A stretch of 52,137 bases of DNA, from assembly GCA_036743055.1 (NCBI GenBank), contig DAINQE010000011.1, positions 5,516 through 57,652 of the forward strand. The letters are read 5' to 3'. The translations under genes and the position numbers were made by a program. Below are positions 43,646 to 52,136 of the stretch, piece by piece (positions within the stretch are counted from its first letter, which is position 1; each line of letters begins with the position of its first letter). This DNA is from Candidatus Sabulitectum sp. (lineage in GTDB: Bacteria; Fermentibacterota; Fermentibacteria; Fermentibacterales; JCC-6). Under the pieces are notes generated by a model that did not search any database, had not been told where the DNA came from, and worked only from the letters and a program-made list of their open reading frames with translations.

Positions 43646-45173
43646 TGAAATAGACCATCTCAAGGCACATATCCGTTTCCTGGAGAAGCGTTCATACGAG
43701 GTGATACAGGCCAGGAGCGGAAGAGAGGCCCTGGATATACTGAGAACGACCAGGGTGGACCTGGTGCTGATGGATCAGATGATGGTGGGCATGGATGGTC
43801 TGGAAACCGTTCACTTGATCAGGAAGAACTACAGGGACCTCCCTGTGGTGATGGTCACCCAGAGTGAGGAAGAGGAGCTGATGGACAGGGCCCTCTCCGG
43901 TACAATAGCCGATTTCCTGACCAAACCGGTGAATCCCAGCCAGATACTCCTTGTGGTAAAGAGACTGCTGGATTCCGGAAGGCTCCGGGTGGACAGGGCC
44001 GCCACCGAGGTCATCTCCGAAACACAGAAACTCAGGCTCAGTCGTGACAACAGCCTGGAAGACTGGATCCACCTTTTCAAGACCATAATGGACAGGGACA
44101 TTTCCCTGGGCGGTGATCTCAACGAAAAGCTGCAGGGAATGCAGGGCGGAGCCCTGGGAGAGGTGGAAGCAGACTTTTCCAGGTTCATCGAGAACAACTA
44201 CAGGGACTGGCTCGAATCACCGGACAATGCGCCTGTGATGGCCCATAACGTACTCGGGAGGAAGGTGGTGCCCGAACTCCTGAAGGGGTCCGGCGAGGTG
44301 GTGTTCCTGGTTATGGACTGTATGCGTTACGATCAGTGGCTCCTGATGATGAAGTCCATGGAGCAGTGGTTTCACAGGGAGTCGGATTTCATGATTGCCG
44401 GCATCCCATCAGCAACTCCATACAGCCGGAACTCCATTTTCAGCGGGCTGGTTCCCAGGGACATATGGCGTTTTTACAGGACAAGATGGGTGGAGAAGTA
44501 CGGCTGCCCCGGGCTGAACAGCTACGAACAGCTGCTGATGCGCGACGGGCTGGTGAGGAACGGCTTCAGCAGGGGGCAGAACGCCGTTTACGCAAAGGTT
44601 TCCAACAGCTCGGAGGGCGAGAATGTTCGTCGGGGGCTTTCCCATTTCCTCAAGGACGGCTTCATGGCCCTCGTGGTGAACTTCATCGACCACCTCACCC
44701 ACGGCAGGTCGGAACTGGACCTGATAAGGGACATCGCCCCGGATGTTCCTTCCTTCAGAAGGCTGGCTAAGGAGTGGTTCGATCACTCATTCCTTCTGAA
44801 GATGCTCAAGACCCTCAGCGCAAGGGGCGCAACGGTGATAGTAACAAGCGATCACGGCTCGGTTCTCGCCGGGAGGATAGCATTCATCCGCGGAGCAAGA
44901 GGTATGTCCCACAGCGTGAGGTACCGTTTCGGCCATTCCCTGTTCGCCGATCCCAAGAACGCCCTGGTGGTTCACAGCCCTGCCCAGTGGGGTCTTCCGG
45001 ATGACCATCCCAGGAAGTCCTATCTTTTCGCCAGGGATGATTACCTTCTGATGCAGCAGGGAATGAACCGGGACGACAGGTATAAGTTCAAGGGCTCGTT
45101 CCAGCACGGGGGTCTTTCCATGGAAGAGATGCTGGTGCCATGCGACATCCTGAGACCCAAGAAGTTCAGGTGA
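43614..45173 (+). CDS. porX: PorX-type response regulator: receiver domain fused to PglZ/alkaline-phosphatase-superfamily domain
   Basis: Start ATG 43614 after GGGAGG. ILWVDDEIDHLKAHIRFLEKRSY...PVVMVTQSEEEELMDRAL...FLTKPVNPSQIL closely follows the PorX N-terminus as I remember it. About 519 aa matches PorX length. C-terminal VTSDHGS... is PglZ-like. Confidence 0.82.
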   Translation: MKLITILWVDDEIDHLKAHIRFLEKRSYEVIQARSGREALDILRTTRVDLVLMDQMMVGMDGLETVHLIRKNYRDLPVVMVTQSEEEELMDRALSGTIADFLTKPVNPSQILLVVKRLLDSGRLRVDRAATEVISETQKLRLSRDNSLEDWIHLFKTIMDRDISLGGDLNEKLQGMQGGALGEVEADFSRFIENNYRDWLESPDNAPVMAHNVLGRKVVPELLKGSGEVVFLVMDCMRYDQWLLMMKSMEQWFHRESDFMIAGIPSATPYSRNSIFSGLVPRDIWRFYRTRWVEKYGCPGLNSYEQLLMRDGLVRNGFSRGQNAVYAKVSNSSEGENVRRGLSHFLKDGFMALVVNFIDHLTHGRSELDLIRDIAPDVPSFRRLAKEWFDHSFLLKMLKTLSARGATVIVTSDHGSVLAGRIAFIRGARGMSHSVRYRFGHSLFADPKNALVVHSPAQWGLPDDHPRKSYLFARDDYLLMQQGMNRDDRYKFKGSFQHGGLSMEEMLVPCDILRPKKFR

Positions 45174-45174
45174 G

Positions 45175-45615
45175 ATGATATATCTCGAGGTGAACCAGGA
45201 AGCCCTGGAATCGCTGGCCGCGGAAATGGCATCCAGCGCATCTCCGGGATGCCGCTATTTCCTGTATGGTGATCTGGGAATGGGCAAGTCAACATTTGCC
45301 AGGGCCTTTCTCAGGGCTCTGGGGGTAACCGGCCAGATCCCCAGCCCCACATTCATAATCGATTCTGTGTATAGTATCCCGGATTCGGACCTTACCGTTC
45401 ACCATATGGACCTTTACCGGCTTGAGGGCGCTCCCGGTGAGATCGAGATGCTGGGGTTCGAGGACATCTTCGAATCATCTGCGGTAGTCCTCGTGGAGTG
45501 GCCGGACAGGATACCGGACATTCGCGATAGAAGAGGATGTACCGTGAGGCTGGAGCCCGGGGAAACCCCGGATACCAGAAGGGTTGAGATTGACTGGAAT
45601 CTGGCTGGGTATTGA
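45175..45615 (+). CDS. tsaE: tRNA t6A37 biosynthesis ATPase TsaE
   Basis: 146 aa. P-loop GDLGMGKSTFAR, SPTF, HMDLYRL motifs. Confidence 0.85.
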   Translation: MIYLEVNQEALESLAAEMASSASPGCRYFLYGDLGMGKSTFARAFLRALGVTGQIPSPTFIIDSVYSIPDSDLTVHHMDLYRLEGAPGEIEMLGFEDIFESSAVVLVEWPDRIPDIRDRRGCTVRLEPGETPDTRRVEIDWNLAGY

Positions 45616-46255
45616 GACCACCTCCAGGCTGGGAGGGGTTGCCCTGGTCAGCGGGGGTGAGGTTCTCTCCGAGTCCCTGCTGCCTGTGGGAGCGTTTCAT
45701 TCGGAAAAACTGCTGCCTGCCGTCGCATCGGCGCTGGTGTCAGCCGGCATTGAAGGAAAGCACCTCGAGGGAATAGGCGTTTCCCGGGGGCCCGGTTCCT
45801 ATACCGGTCTGAGGATAGGCACCGCTACGGCCAACGGCCTCTCCGCAGGCTGGGGTGTTCCGCTGAGGGGCGTTTCCACCCTCCGGGCAATGGCGTCCCT
45901 CCTTCCGGAAGGTCCGGTCCTCTGCTGCGTCAGGGCAAGGGCCGGAGAGGTTTTCGCAGGGGCGTTCGCATCCCCGGATCCCCTTTCCCATGAGATCATA
46001 CCCCAGGGGCTTTACACCTCGAAGGACCTGTTCGACCTTTCCCTGGGCCACAGATTCACCGCAACGGGCTCCGGAAGGACCGAGCTTCCCCGGGGAGAAC
46101 ACCTGAGCTGGGCTTCACCTGTCCTGGATACACCTCGTCCCTCCGCCGTTGCGGTTGCCGCGGCAACCATCGCAAAAAGCCTGGGTTTTCAGGAATGCAT
46201 CGAACCCCTGTATCTGAGGGGCTTCAATGAGAGGGTGGGAATTGGATCCGTTTAG
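45584..46255 (+). CDS. tsaB: tRNA t6A37 biosynthesis protein TsaB
   Basis: LGIETTSRLGGVAL, GVSRGPGSYTGLRIG motifs. The start is ambiguous: TTG 45584 or 45590, with no ATG. Confidence 0.8.
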   Translation: MRLTGIWLGIETTSRLGGVALVSGGEVLSESLLPVGAFHSEKLLPAVASALVSAGIEGKHLEGIGVSRGPGSYTGLRIGTATANGLSAGWGVPLRGVSTLRAMASLLPEGPVLCCVRARAGEVFAGAFASPDPLSHEIIPQGLYTSKDLFDLSLGHRFTATGSGRTELPRGEHLSWASPVLDTPRPSAVAVAAATIAKSLGFQECIEPLYLRGFNERVGIGSV

Positions 46256-47459
46256 CTTCCGCATTCCCGGTATGGAGCATGCAGAACAGCTTTACGAGCT
46301 GGAGAAGCTCTGTTTCCCCAGCCCCTGGAACATCGACGAGATAAAGGCCCTTGTGTCCGGGGGGCTTTCAGTTCGAACCGTTGCGGCCTTCCATGACGAG
46401 ACACCCGTGGGATATGTATCCGCCACCTTCTCCGAGCCGGGAGTGCTTCATGTGATAAGCATTTGCGTGCATCCTGAAATGAGGAACCTGGGAGTGGGAT
46501 CAGGGCTTCTCTCCTGTGCGCTGCAGTGGGGCAGACACATGGAGGCAGGGCGGGTCCTGCTGGAGGTGAGGGAGGGCAACCTTCCCGCATTGAGCTTTTA
46601 TCGGAGGCACGGCTTCGCAGAGAACGGATTCCTGAGGGATTTCTACGGCGAAGGGCTCAACGGGATCACCATGGACAGATCCGTCGACCCCATCCCAGGA
46701 ACCCTTGATGCGGCGCTTTTCCTTAACAGCAGGCTCTCCCGTATTCCCCGGGCCGGGGTAGTCCTTGGCAGCGGTCTCGGCTGGGTGGCCGAGAGGTTCG
46801 GCCACGGCAGGACCATACCCTTCGGGGACATTCCGGGAATGGCCGGCACGGCGGTCCAGGGCCACGCCCACAAGCTGCAGGTCAGCCAGGACGGCAGCGT
46901 GGTTTTCCTCATGGGAAGGCGCCACCATTACCAGGGTTTTTCCGGAAGGGAGATAGCGCTTCTTCCATCCGCCCTTGCCTCCCTCGGGGTCAGCCGCTGG
47001 CTTCTTACAAGCTCATCAGGGGCGGTGGATCCCACCTTCAGGGTGGGGGACGCCATGGTGTTCACGGATCACATCAACTTTTCAGGTTGTATCCCCGATG
47101 TGCCGCCGTTCTACACCGGGGGCGGTATGTACTCGGAAAGACTCAGGACGGTAGCGGAGGGAACGCTGAACTCGCCCAGGGAAGGAGTGTTCGCTTGCGT
47201 ATCCGGGCCCGCCTATGAAACCGCCGCCGAGGTGGATCTAATAAGGAGTTTCGGGTGCAGCGCGGTGAGCATGTCCACCGCCCAGGAGGCCATGGCCCTG
47301 AGAGCCCTTGGATGCCAGGTCCTCGCCCTGGCCCTGATAACCAATGCGGTGGAGGCGGGAGACTCGGTCTGCCACCAGGAAGTGCTTTCCGCACAGGAAA
47401 CCATTAGCGAAAGACAGGGACCGGCGCTGGTAAAGCTGGTCGAAAGGCTGAGAAGTTGA
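46227..47459 (+). CDS. rimI: Fusion protein: RimI-type GNAT N-acetyltransferase + PunA-type purine nucleoside phosphorylase
   Basis: Residues about 16-150 carry GNAT motifs (VHPEMRNLGVGSGLL, FYRRHGF). Residues about 155-410 carry PNP motifs (GVVLGSGLG, GRRHHYQG, SGPAYETAAE, AVSMSTAQEA). Single uninterrupted ORF. Start ATG 46227 or 46272. Confidence 0.8.
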   Translation: MRGWELDPFSFRIPGMEHAEQLYELEKLCFPSPWNIDEIKALVSGGLSVRTVAAFHDETPVGYVSATFSEPGVLHVISICVHPEMRNLGVGSGLLSCALQWGRHMEAGRVLLEVREGNLPALSFYRRHGFAENGFLRDFYGEGLNGITMDRSVDPIPGTLDAALFLNSRLSRIPRAGVVLGSGLGWVAERFGHGRTIPFGDIPGMAGTAVQGHAHKLQVSQDGSVVFLMGRRHHYQGFSGREIALLPSALASLGVSRWLLTSSSGAVDPTFRVGDAMVFTDHINFSGCIPDVPPFYTGGGMYSERLRTVAEGTLNSPREGVFACVSGPAYETAAEVDLIRSFGCSAVSMSTAQEAMALRALGCQVLALALITNAVEAGDSVCHQEVLSAQETISERQGPALVKLVERLRS

Positions 47460-48688
47460 ACTACGATGAAGCTGAGCGCTGGCTTTTCGGCAGACGGCGC
47501 ATGGGGATGAAGTACGGTCTGGACAGAATGCTCTCCATAATGGAGGAGCTTGGCCATCCGGAGGAAAGGTTCAAGACCGTGCACATCGTCGGAACCAACG
47601 GGAAGGGCAGCACCGCGGCGATACTTTCCGCGCTGGCTGGAGAGCTGGGTTTCAAATGGGGCAGGGGGACCTCACCTCACCTTCTCCATTACAGGGAGCG
47701 GATCGCCACCGGGGACGGCTGGATAACCCCGGATGAGGTGGCGGAGTTCGTCACTGACAACATCCATATGCTCAGAAAGCACTCCGCGACCTTCTTCGAG
47801 ATCACCACCGCAATGGCCGCCTGGCACTTCGCGGGCAAAGGAGTGGACTGGGTGGCCGCCGAGGCGGGGCTCGGGGGGAGGCTTGACGCCACGAAGACCT
47901 ACAGGGGAGCCGGGACCATCTTCACAGGGGTAAGGGTGGAGCACAGCAGGATACTGGGAGATACCCGGGAGAAGATAGCTTCCGAGAAAGTAGCGGTGGC
48001 AGAACCCGGGACGGTGCTGGTTGCCTTCCGCCAAACCCCCGGAGTGGAGGCCGTTCTGGAATCGGCGACTTCTGAGAACGGTCTGAGAAGGGTTATACCG
48101 AAGCCCGTCTCCAGAAGCCCGCTTCCAGGTGAGCACCAGCTCAGGAACTCAGCCCTTGCCCTGGCAGCTGCTGAGGAGCTTTTCGACAAACCCGGGGAAG
48201 ACATTGCCCAGGCGTACGAAAGGGTACTTGTTACCCTGAAATGGCCTGGAAGGCTCGACTACAGGTCCGGCAACCCCTCTATCCTCTTCGACGTGGCCCA
48301 CAATCCCCAGTCAATGTCCGCCCTGGCAGCCCATGTGGAAAAATGGAAAAGGCCTGTTCCCGCGGTGGTGGGTTTTCTCGGGGACAAGCCCTGGAAGACC
48401 ATGGTATCCCTTCTCAGGGGAGTGGTCGATCCGGTTTTCACCACCACTCCATGCAGCGAGAGAAGACTGCCGGCGGAGGAACTGGCGTCTTACATGCGAA
48501 ACGAGGGCTTTGACGCAAGACCGGTGGATCCCATAGGAAAGGCGGTTTCCCAGTGCAGGAAGCACGCGGAGGGAGGAAGGATGATAGTGACAGGTTCCTT
48601 CTTCGTGGTGGGGGACGCTCTGAACCGGGCCGTGGAGGCCGGATGGGTGGGCGGGGTTCCCGAATCGGGACCCGATGGCTTAGATTAG
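47456..48688 (+). CDS. folC: Folylpolyglutamate synthase/dihydrofolate synthase
   Basis: TTG 47456 start in a TTGA overlap with the upstream stop. HIVGTNGKGST P-loop, AAEAGLGGRLDATK, FDVAHNP motifs. Confidence 0.88.
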   Translation: MNYDEAERWLFGRRRMGMKYGLDRMLSIMEELGHPEERFKTVHIVGTNGKGSTAAILSALAGELGFKWGRGTSPHLLHYRERIATGDGWITPDEVAEFVTDNIHMLRKHSATFFEITTAMAAWHFAGKGVDWVAAEAGLGGRLDATKTYRGAGTIFTGVRVEHSRILGDTREKIASEKVAVAEPGTVLVAFRQTPGVEAVLESATSENGLRRVIPKPVSRSPLPGEHQLRNSALALAAAEELFDKPGEDIAQAYERVLVTLKWPGRLDYRSGNPSILFDVAHNPQSMSALAAHVEKWKRPVPAVVGFLGDKPWKTMVSLLRGVVDPVFTTTPCSERRLPAEELASYMRNEGFDARPVDPIGKAVSQCRKHAEGGRMIVTGSFFVVGDALNRAVEAGWVGGVPESGPDGLD

Positions 48689-48722
48689 GATATCCTCGAA
48701 CGGTAGAATCGAAAGGAATCAG

Positions 48723-48956
48723 ATGGCAGGGAAGAAGACCGGACCGGTTACCGAGGACAAGCGGGAGACCGTTCCCTTCGGAAAACTGAACTACATACTC
48801 TTTGCGGCTGGGCTGCTTATGATAACCGCAGGCTGGTTCCTGCTCAGGGCCGGCCACATATCCGTTTCACCGGTGATGCTTGTCCTGGGATACTGCGTTG
48901 TCATCCCCGCGGCTATCATCATCGTTCCAGGGGGAAAGAAGAACTCCGGAAAATGA
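48723..48956 (+). CDS. Small two-TM membrane protein (DUF3098-like)
   Basis: 77 aa. PFGKLNYILFAAGLLMITAGWFLL and VMLVLGYCVVIPAAIIIV. Confidence 0.55.
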   Translation: MAGKKTGPVTEDKRETVPFGKLNYILFAAGLLMITAGWFLLRAGHISVSPVMLVLGYCVVIPAAIIIVPGGKKNSGK

Positions 48957-49696
48957 AGGTCCTCCCGATGGCTCTGGCCACCTGTGCCGTTCTCCTGTCC
49001 GGCTGCGGCCAGGAGACCGAGACCATTCCCTCCGCTCAGCCTCTTCAGACGGGGGACACCGCCTTCGTTACGGTTCCCGGAGGCACTTTCACCAACTCCG
49101 CCGGAGAGACCGTGGAGGTGGCTTCCTTCAGCATGATGCGCGGCGAAGTGAACAACAGGCTTTACAGGTATCTGGCCGACGGCTCCGGCATCTCCCATCC
49201 CCCTGATCCGGGGTTCGCCATGGAACCCGGCTGGTTCTACGATTCCCTGGATCATCCGGTGGTGAACGTGAGCCCAGCAAGGGCCAGGAAGGCCGCATCT
49301 TTTCTGGATCTCAGGCTGCCCACCAGGAACGAATGGGAGTACGCCGCCTCACTGGGTCTCACCGGGAGCATTTCAGACCAGTTCCCATGGGGTGAACTCT
49401 CTCCGCCTGAGGTTCCCGGGGTGCCGGCGAACTACATGGCCCTGGACACCTGGGAGGAAAGGGACCTCGACGGTTTCGCGTACACCGCCCCCTGCGGCTC
49501 ATATCCCCTTTCGGGGGGTGGATTCCAGGACCTTGCCGGAAACGCTGCGGAAATGGTCTACGACGAATCCGACTCGACCACCGTACTCATGGGAGGAAGC
49601 TGGGCCCAGCCCGAGGAAGCCATGAAGATCGGTTTCAGCAGGCGGATACTCGACGGCGACATGACCTGGTACGCCGGTTTCAGGCTGGTGAAATAG
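48953..49696 (+). CDS. Formylglycine-generating-enzyme (SUMF1/FGE-sulfatase) family lipoprotein
   Basis: ATGA overlap with the upstream gene. Lipobox LLSGC. LPTRNEWEYAA, GNAAEMV, MGGSW, YAGFRLV motifs. Confidence 0.75.
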   Translation: MKVLPMALATCAVLLSGCGQETETIPSAQPLQTGDTAFVTVPGGTFTNSAGETVEVASFSMMRGEVNNRLYRYLADGSGISHPPDPGFAMEPGWFYDSLDHPVVNVSPARARKAASFLDLRLPTRNEWEYAASLGLTGSISDQFPWGELSPPEVPGVPANYMALDTWEERDLDGFAYTAPCGSYPLSGGGFQDLAGNAAEMVYDESDSTTVLMGGSWAQPEEAMKIGFSRRILDGDMTWYAGFRLVK

Positions 49697-49697
49697 G

Positions 49698-49724
49698 AAA
49701 ACCGGGAGATGTCTCCCCCGGTTT
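49698..49724. terminator. Hairpin between FGE-family gene and tRNA-Val (terminator-like)
   Basis: AAACCGGGAGA-tg-TCTCCCCCGGTTT, an imperfect inverted repeat directly after the stop at 49696. Flanking A/T runs on both sides. Confidence 0.55.
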
Positions 49725-49737
49725 CATCCTGACATTA

Positions 49738-49814
49738 TGGTGGGCGAAGAGGGACTTGAACCCCCGGCATCCTGCTTGTAAGGCAGGCACTCTAGCCAGC
49801 TGAGTTATTCGCCC
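49738..49814 (-). tRNA. tRNA-Val (anticodon TAC), CCA encoded
   Basis: Manual cloverleaf: GGGCGAA-TA-ACTC-AGCTGGCTA-GAGT-G-CCTGC-CTTACAA-GCAGG-ATGCC-GGGGG-TTCAAGT-CCCTC-TTCGCCC-A-CCA. Confidence 0.85.
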
Positions 49815-49826
49815 GCGGTGCCGGAA

Positions 49827-49856
49827 TCTATACTAGATGCTCTCCAACACTGTCAA
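49827..49856 (-). promoter_or_regulatory. Candidate sigma-70-type promoter of tRNA-Val
   Basis: On the minus strand: TTGACA, 18 nt spacer, TATAGA, ending about 12 nt upstream of the mature tRNA 5' end. Confidence 0.5.
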
Positions 49857-49894
49857 TACTGGTCTTTTCCCCCGGCAGCCTTCATAATTGCCCA

Positions 49895-51691
49895 ATGGAC
49901 AACGGCAAGGATATGCTGAGCAAAAGACCTTACTGCGTTGGAGATACCTGCCCAGTGGTGGTCATACCGGCCCGGCGCCGGGAAAGCATCTACATGTCGC
50001 TGCTGGATTCCAGCAAGGATGTCTCACTGGTGGTGGACGTTGCCGATGGTCTTGCGCTCCTTGGCGTAAGCGCACTGGACTGGGCCGGCCTTGCTTCAGT
50101 GGTTCTGGGAGAGCTTCACCATGAAGGCTGGAATCTGGATCTTCTGGAGGGTTTTACCGTTGACCGCAAGGGAGCCAGAAGAGGCATAATCATCACCGGC
50201 ATAATAATCGGCGACCACCAGGAACGCGGAGAGAAGTTCCGAAAGGATGCCGGCAAGCTGAGCAACCTGCTTGAGCGGCTTGCTGTGGGAAGGGCGGGGA
50301 TAATAAGCCTGCTGAACCGTTCATCCGACAGGGTCGAGACCTACGAGGGCATACTCGAGGAACTGGACAGGATCTACTACGGAGACATACCCGAGGAGAT
50401 AACCGGTGAGAACGGTCAGCTGGTGCTGTTCATCAGCTCCCGCTCCGACCAGTACCTGCTTGCCAGGAAGCACGCCGACCTGGCATGGATAGTGAAGACC
50501 AACTACGATCTGCTTGAAAAGGTGAGGAATAAGGGCGGCACCCCCTTCTACAGGATAAGGAACATCCGCGCGGTGGGGGAGCATCTCACCGGGATCAACA
50601 TAGTAGGCTACGAGAGGGACATCTCATTCCAGAACCTCATTACCACCCTGTCGGTGGCCTGGCCCGGGGCCACGGTGAGGCATCAGCGCAGGTACACCAC
50701 CAGCGACGGCATAGTTTCCATCAGGGTGGAGATGACAGGCCCCAACGGAATGAGCGCCAGCCGGGAAGAGCTGAAGCTCATAAGGGAGTACCTGCGGAAG
50801 CTCCTGGTTAGCAGGGGTATAGACAGGCTGCACGCCATTCACCACTACGGCGGCACCGAGCACATCGGCAGGGCACTTCTGCCGCTTCTCATAAAGGAGT
50901 GCAGGAGCACCGGGATGAACCAGGCCTACATCGCCATGGAGAGCGCCACCACCTTCGACGCCGAGCTGAAGATGCTCCTGGTCACCCTTGGCGAGAACCA
51001 GGGAGACATAAAGGACCACGACAGCAGGATTCTCACCCTGGTAAGGGAGCTGTCCAGCCAGCGGGGGATCGGCGTTAAATCATTCAAGTCCCCCAGCAGG
51101 AGGGAAGACGTGTGGGTGGATGTTTTCGACTTCGTGGTGGAGAGGGAGCAGTTCGATCAGATGGAGGACGCCTACTCCATGGTCAAGCAGGTGGTCAAGG
51201 ACAGCTTCGGGGAGTTCAGGGACTTCGATCAGGGCATGAGGCTGAACGACGTGAACCGTCTGGAGACAATAAGGAAGATCCTTTCGGACCTCCCTGAAAC
51301 CGTTGTCACCGATTTCTACTACAGCCTCGAGGATTTCATGCGCGCCTCGGTTCCCGAGGAGGAGGTGGCGGCTCACATAAGGCTTGCCTTCGACACCATA
51401 TCCGCACTGATACCCGAGCAGGGCCAGGCCACCAGGCTCACCTTCAGGGAGGTCACTGGCAGGAAGGGAGTGGTGGCTACCCTTATATGCTGCGCAAGAA
51501 GGGGCGACTGCCGTAACATGGACGCCCTCCTGGCCACGGTGAGGGACTTTACCGTTACCGCCAGCATAATCAGGTGGTCCGGGGTGGTCTCGGTGGTCCT
51601 TCGTGTTCAGGAATCCGGCCACGGGCTCTCCCCTGAAACCAGGGAATCCGTGCTTAAAAGCATTTCCGAAAGGTTGAACGAAAATGTCTGA
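49895..51691 (+). CDS. Large hypothetical protein, possibly built of ACT-like repeats
   Basis: 598 aa with protein-like composition and no motif I can assign. Repeated beta-alpha-beta-like modules (e.g. LVVDVADGLALLGVSALDWAGLASVVL, IVSIRVEMTGPNGMS, VVATLICCARRGD, VVSVVLRVQESGHG). Confidence 0.65.
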   Translation: MDNGKDMLSKRPYCVGDTCPVVVIPARRRESIYMSLLDSSKDVSLVVDVADGLALLGVSALDWAGLASVVLGELHHEGWNLDLLEGFTVDRKGARRGIIITGIIIGDHQERGEKFRKDAGKLSNLLERLAVGRAGIISLLNRSSDRVETYEGILEELDRIYYGDIPEEITGENGQLVLFISSRSDQYLLARKHADLAWIVKTNYDLLEKVRNKGGTPFYRIRNIRAVGEHLTGINIVGYERDISFQNLITTLSVAWPGATVRHQRRYTTSDGIVSIRVEMTGPNGMSASREELKLIREYLRKLLVSRGIDRLHAIHHYGGTEHIGRALLPLLIKECRSTGMNQAYIAMESATTFDAELKMLLVTLGENQGDIKDHDSRILTLVRELSSQRGIGVKSFKSPSRREDVWVDVFDFVVEREQFDQMEDAYSMVKQVVKDSFGEFRDFDQGMRLNDVNRLETIRKILSDLPETVVTDFYYSLEDFMRASVPEEEVAAHIRLAFDTISALIPEQGQATRLTFREVTGRKGVVATLICCARRGDCRNMDALLATVRDFTVTASIIRWSGVVSVVLRVQESGHGLSPETRESVLKSISERLNENV

Positions 51692-52019
51692 CGGCGTTAC
51701 CGAACCCTGCCGAACCGCGGAGCGGGAAAGAATGGCCTCCATGCTGGAGAACTGGTTCCAGCAGAGGATGAAGCTTTCAAACAAGGCCTTCCGGTTCATG
51801 TTCATTCCAGTGATCCCGGTTGCGGTCTTCGCCCTTGCCTTCTGGTTCAGCTACTACATCCCGGTGCCCGCTTTCATCCTGCTGGTGATACTCCTGGCTT
51901 CCCTCACCGCGTGGGTGGTCTGCCTTTTCATCGGATGGGGGATACTCAGGAAGGTAAGGACCGGCGACGGGATCATGCTCAGGAAGATAAGGGCCTCCGA
52001 AACCCCGGAAAAAGGTTGA
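51684..52019 (+). CDS. Small membrane protein (two TM)
   Basis: 8-nt overlap with the upstream gene. FMFIPVIPVAVFALAFWFSYYIPVPAFILLVILLASLTAWVVCLFIGWGIL. Confidence 0.55.
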   Translation: MSDGVTEPCRTAERERMASMLENWFQQRMKLSNKAFRFMFIPVIPVAVFALAFWFSYYIPVPAFILLVILLASLTAWVVCLFIGWGILRKVRTGDGIMLRKIRASETPEKG

Positions 52020-52060
52020 CAAGACCACCCTCGGTTCTTATGCTTGCGTACTCCAGCGGA

Positions 52061-52136
52061 GGCGGTGTAGCTCAGTTGGTAGAGCAGCGGAATCATAATC
52101 CGCGGGTCAGGGGTTCAAGTCCCTTCGCCGCTACCA
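52061..52136 (+). tRNA. tRNA with CAT anticodon (elongator Met or lysidine-modified Ile2), CCA encoded
   Basis: Manual cloverleaf: GGCGGTG-TA-GCTC-AGTTGGTA-GAGC-A-GCGGA-ATCATAA-TCCGC-GGGTC-AGGGG-TTCAAGT-CCCTT-CGCCGCT-A-CCA. It lacks the three consecutive G:C pairs next to the anticodon loop, so it is probably not an initiator. Confidence 0.85.

Noticed and set aside
49738-52136. Segment bounded by tRNA-Val and tRNA-CAT as a possible integrated genomic island.
   Set aside because: No integrase, no direct repeat of a tRNA 3' end that I could find, and no compositional break visible by eye. The tRNA-Val has its own promoter and looks like an ordinary chromosomal tRNA locus.
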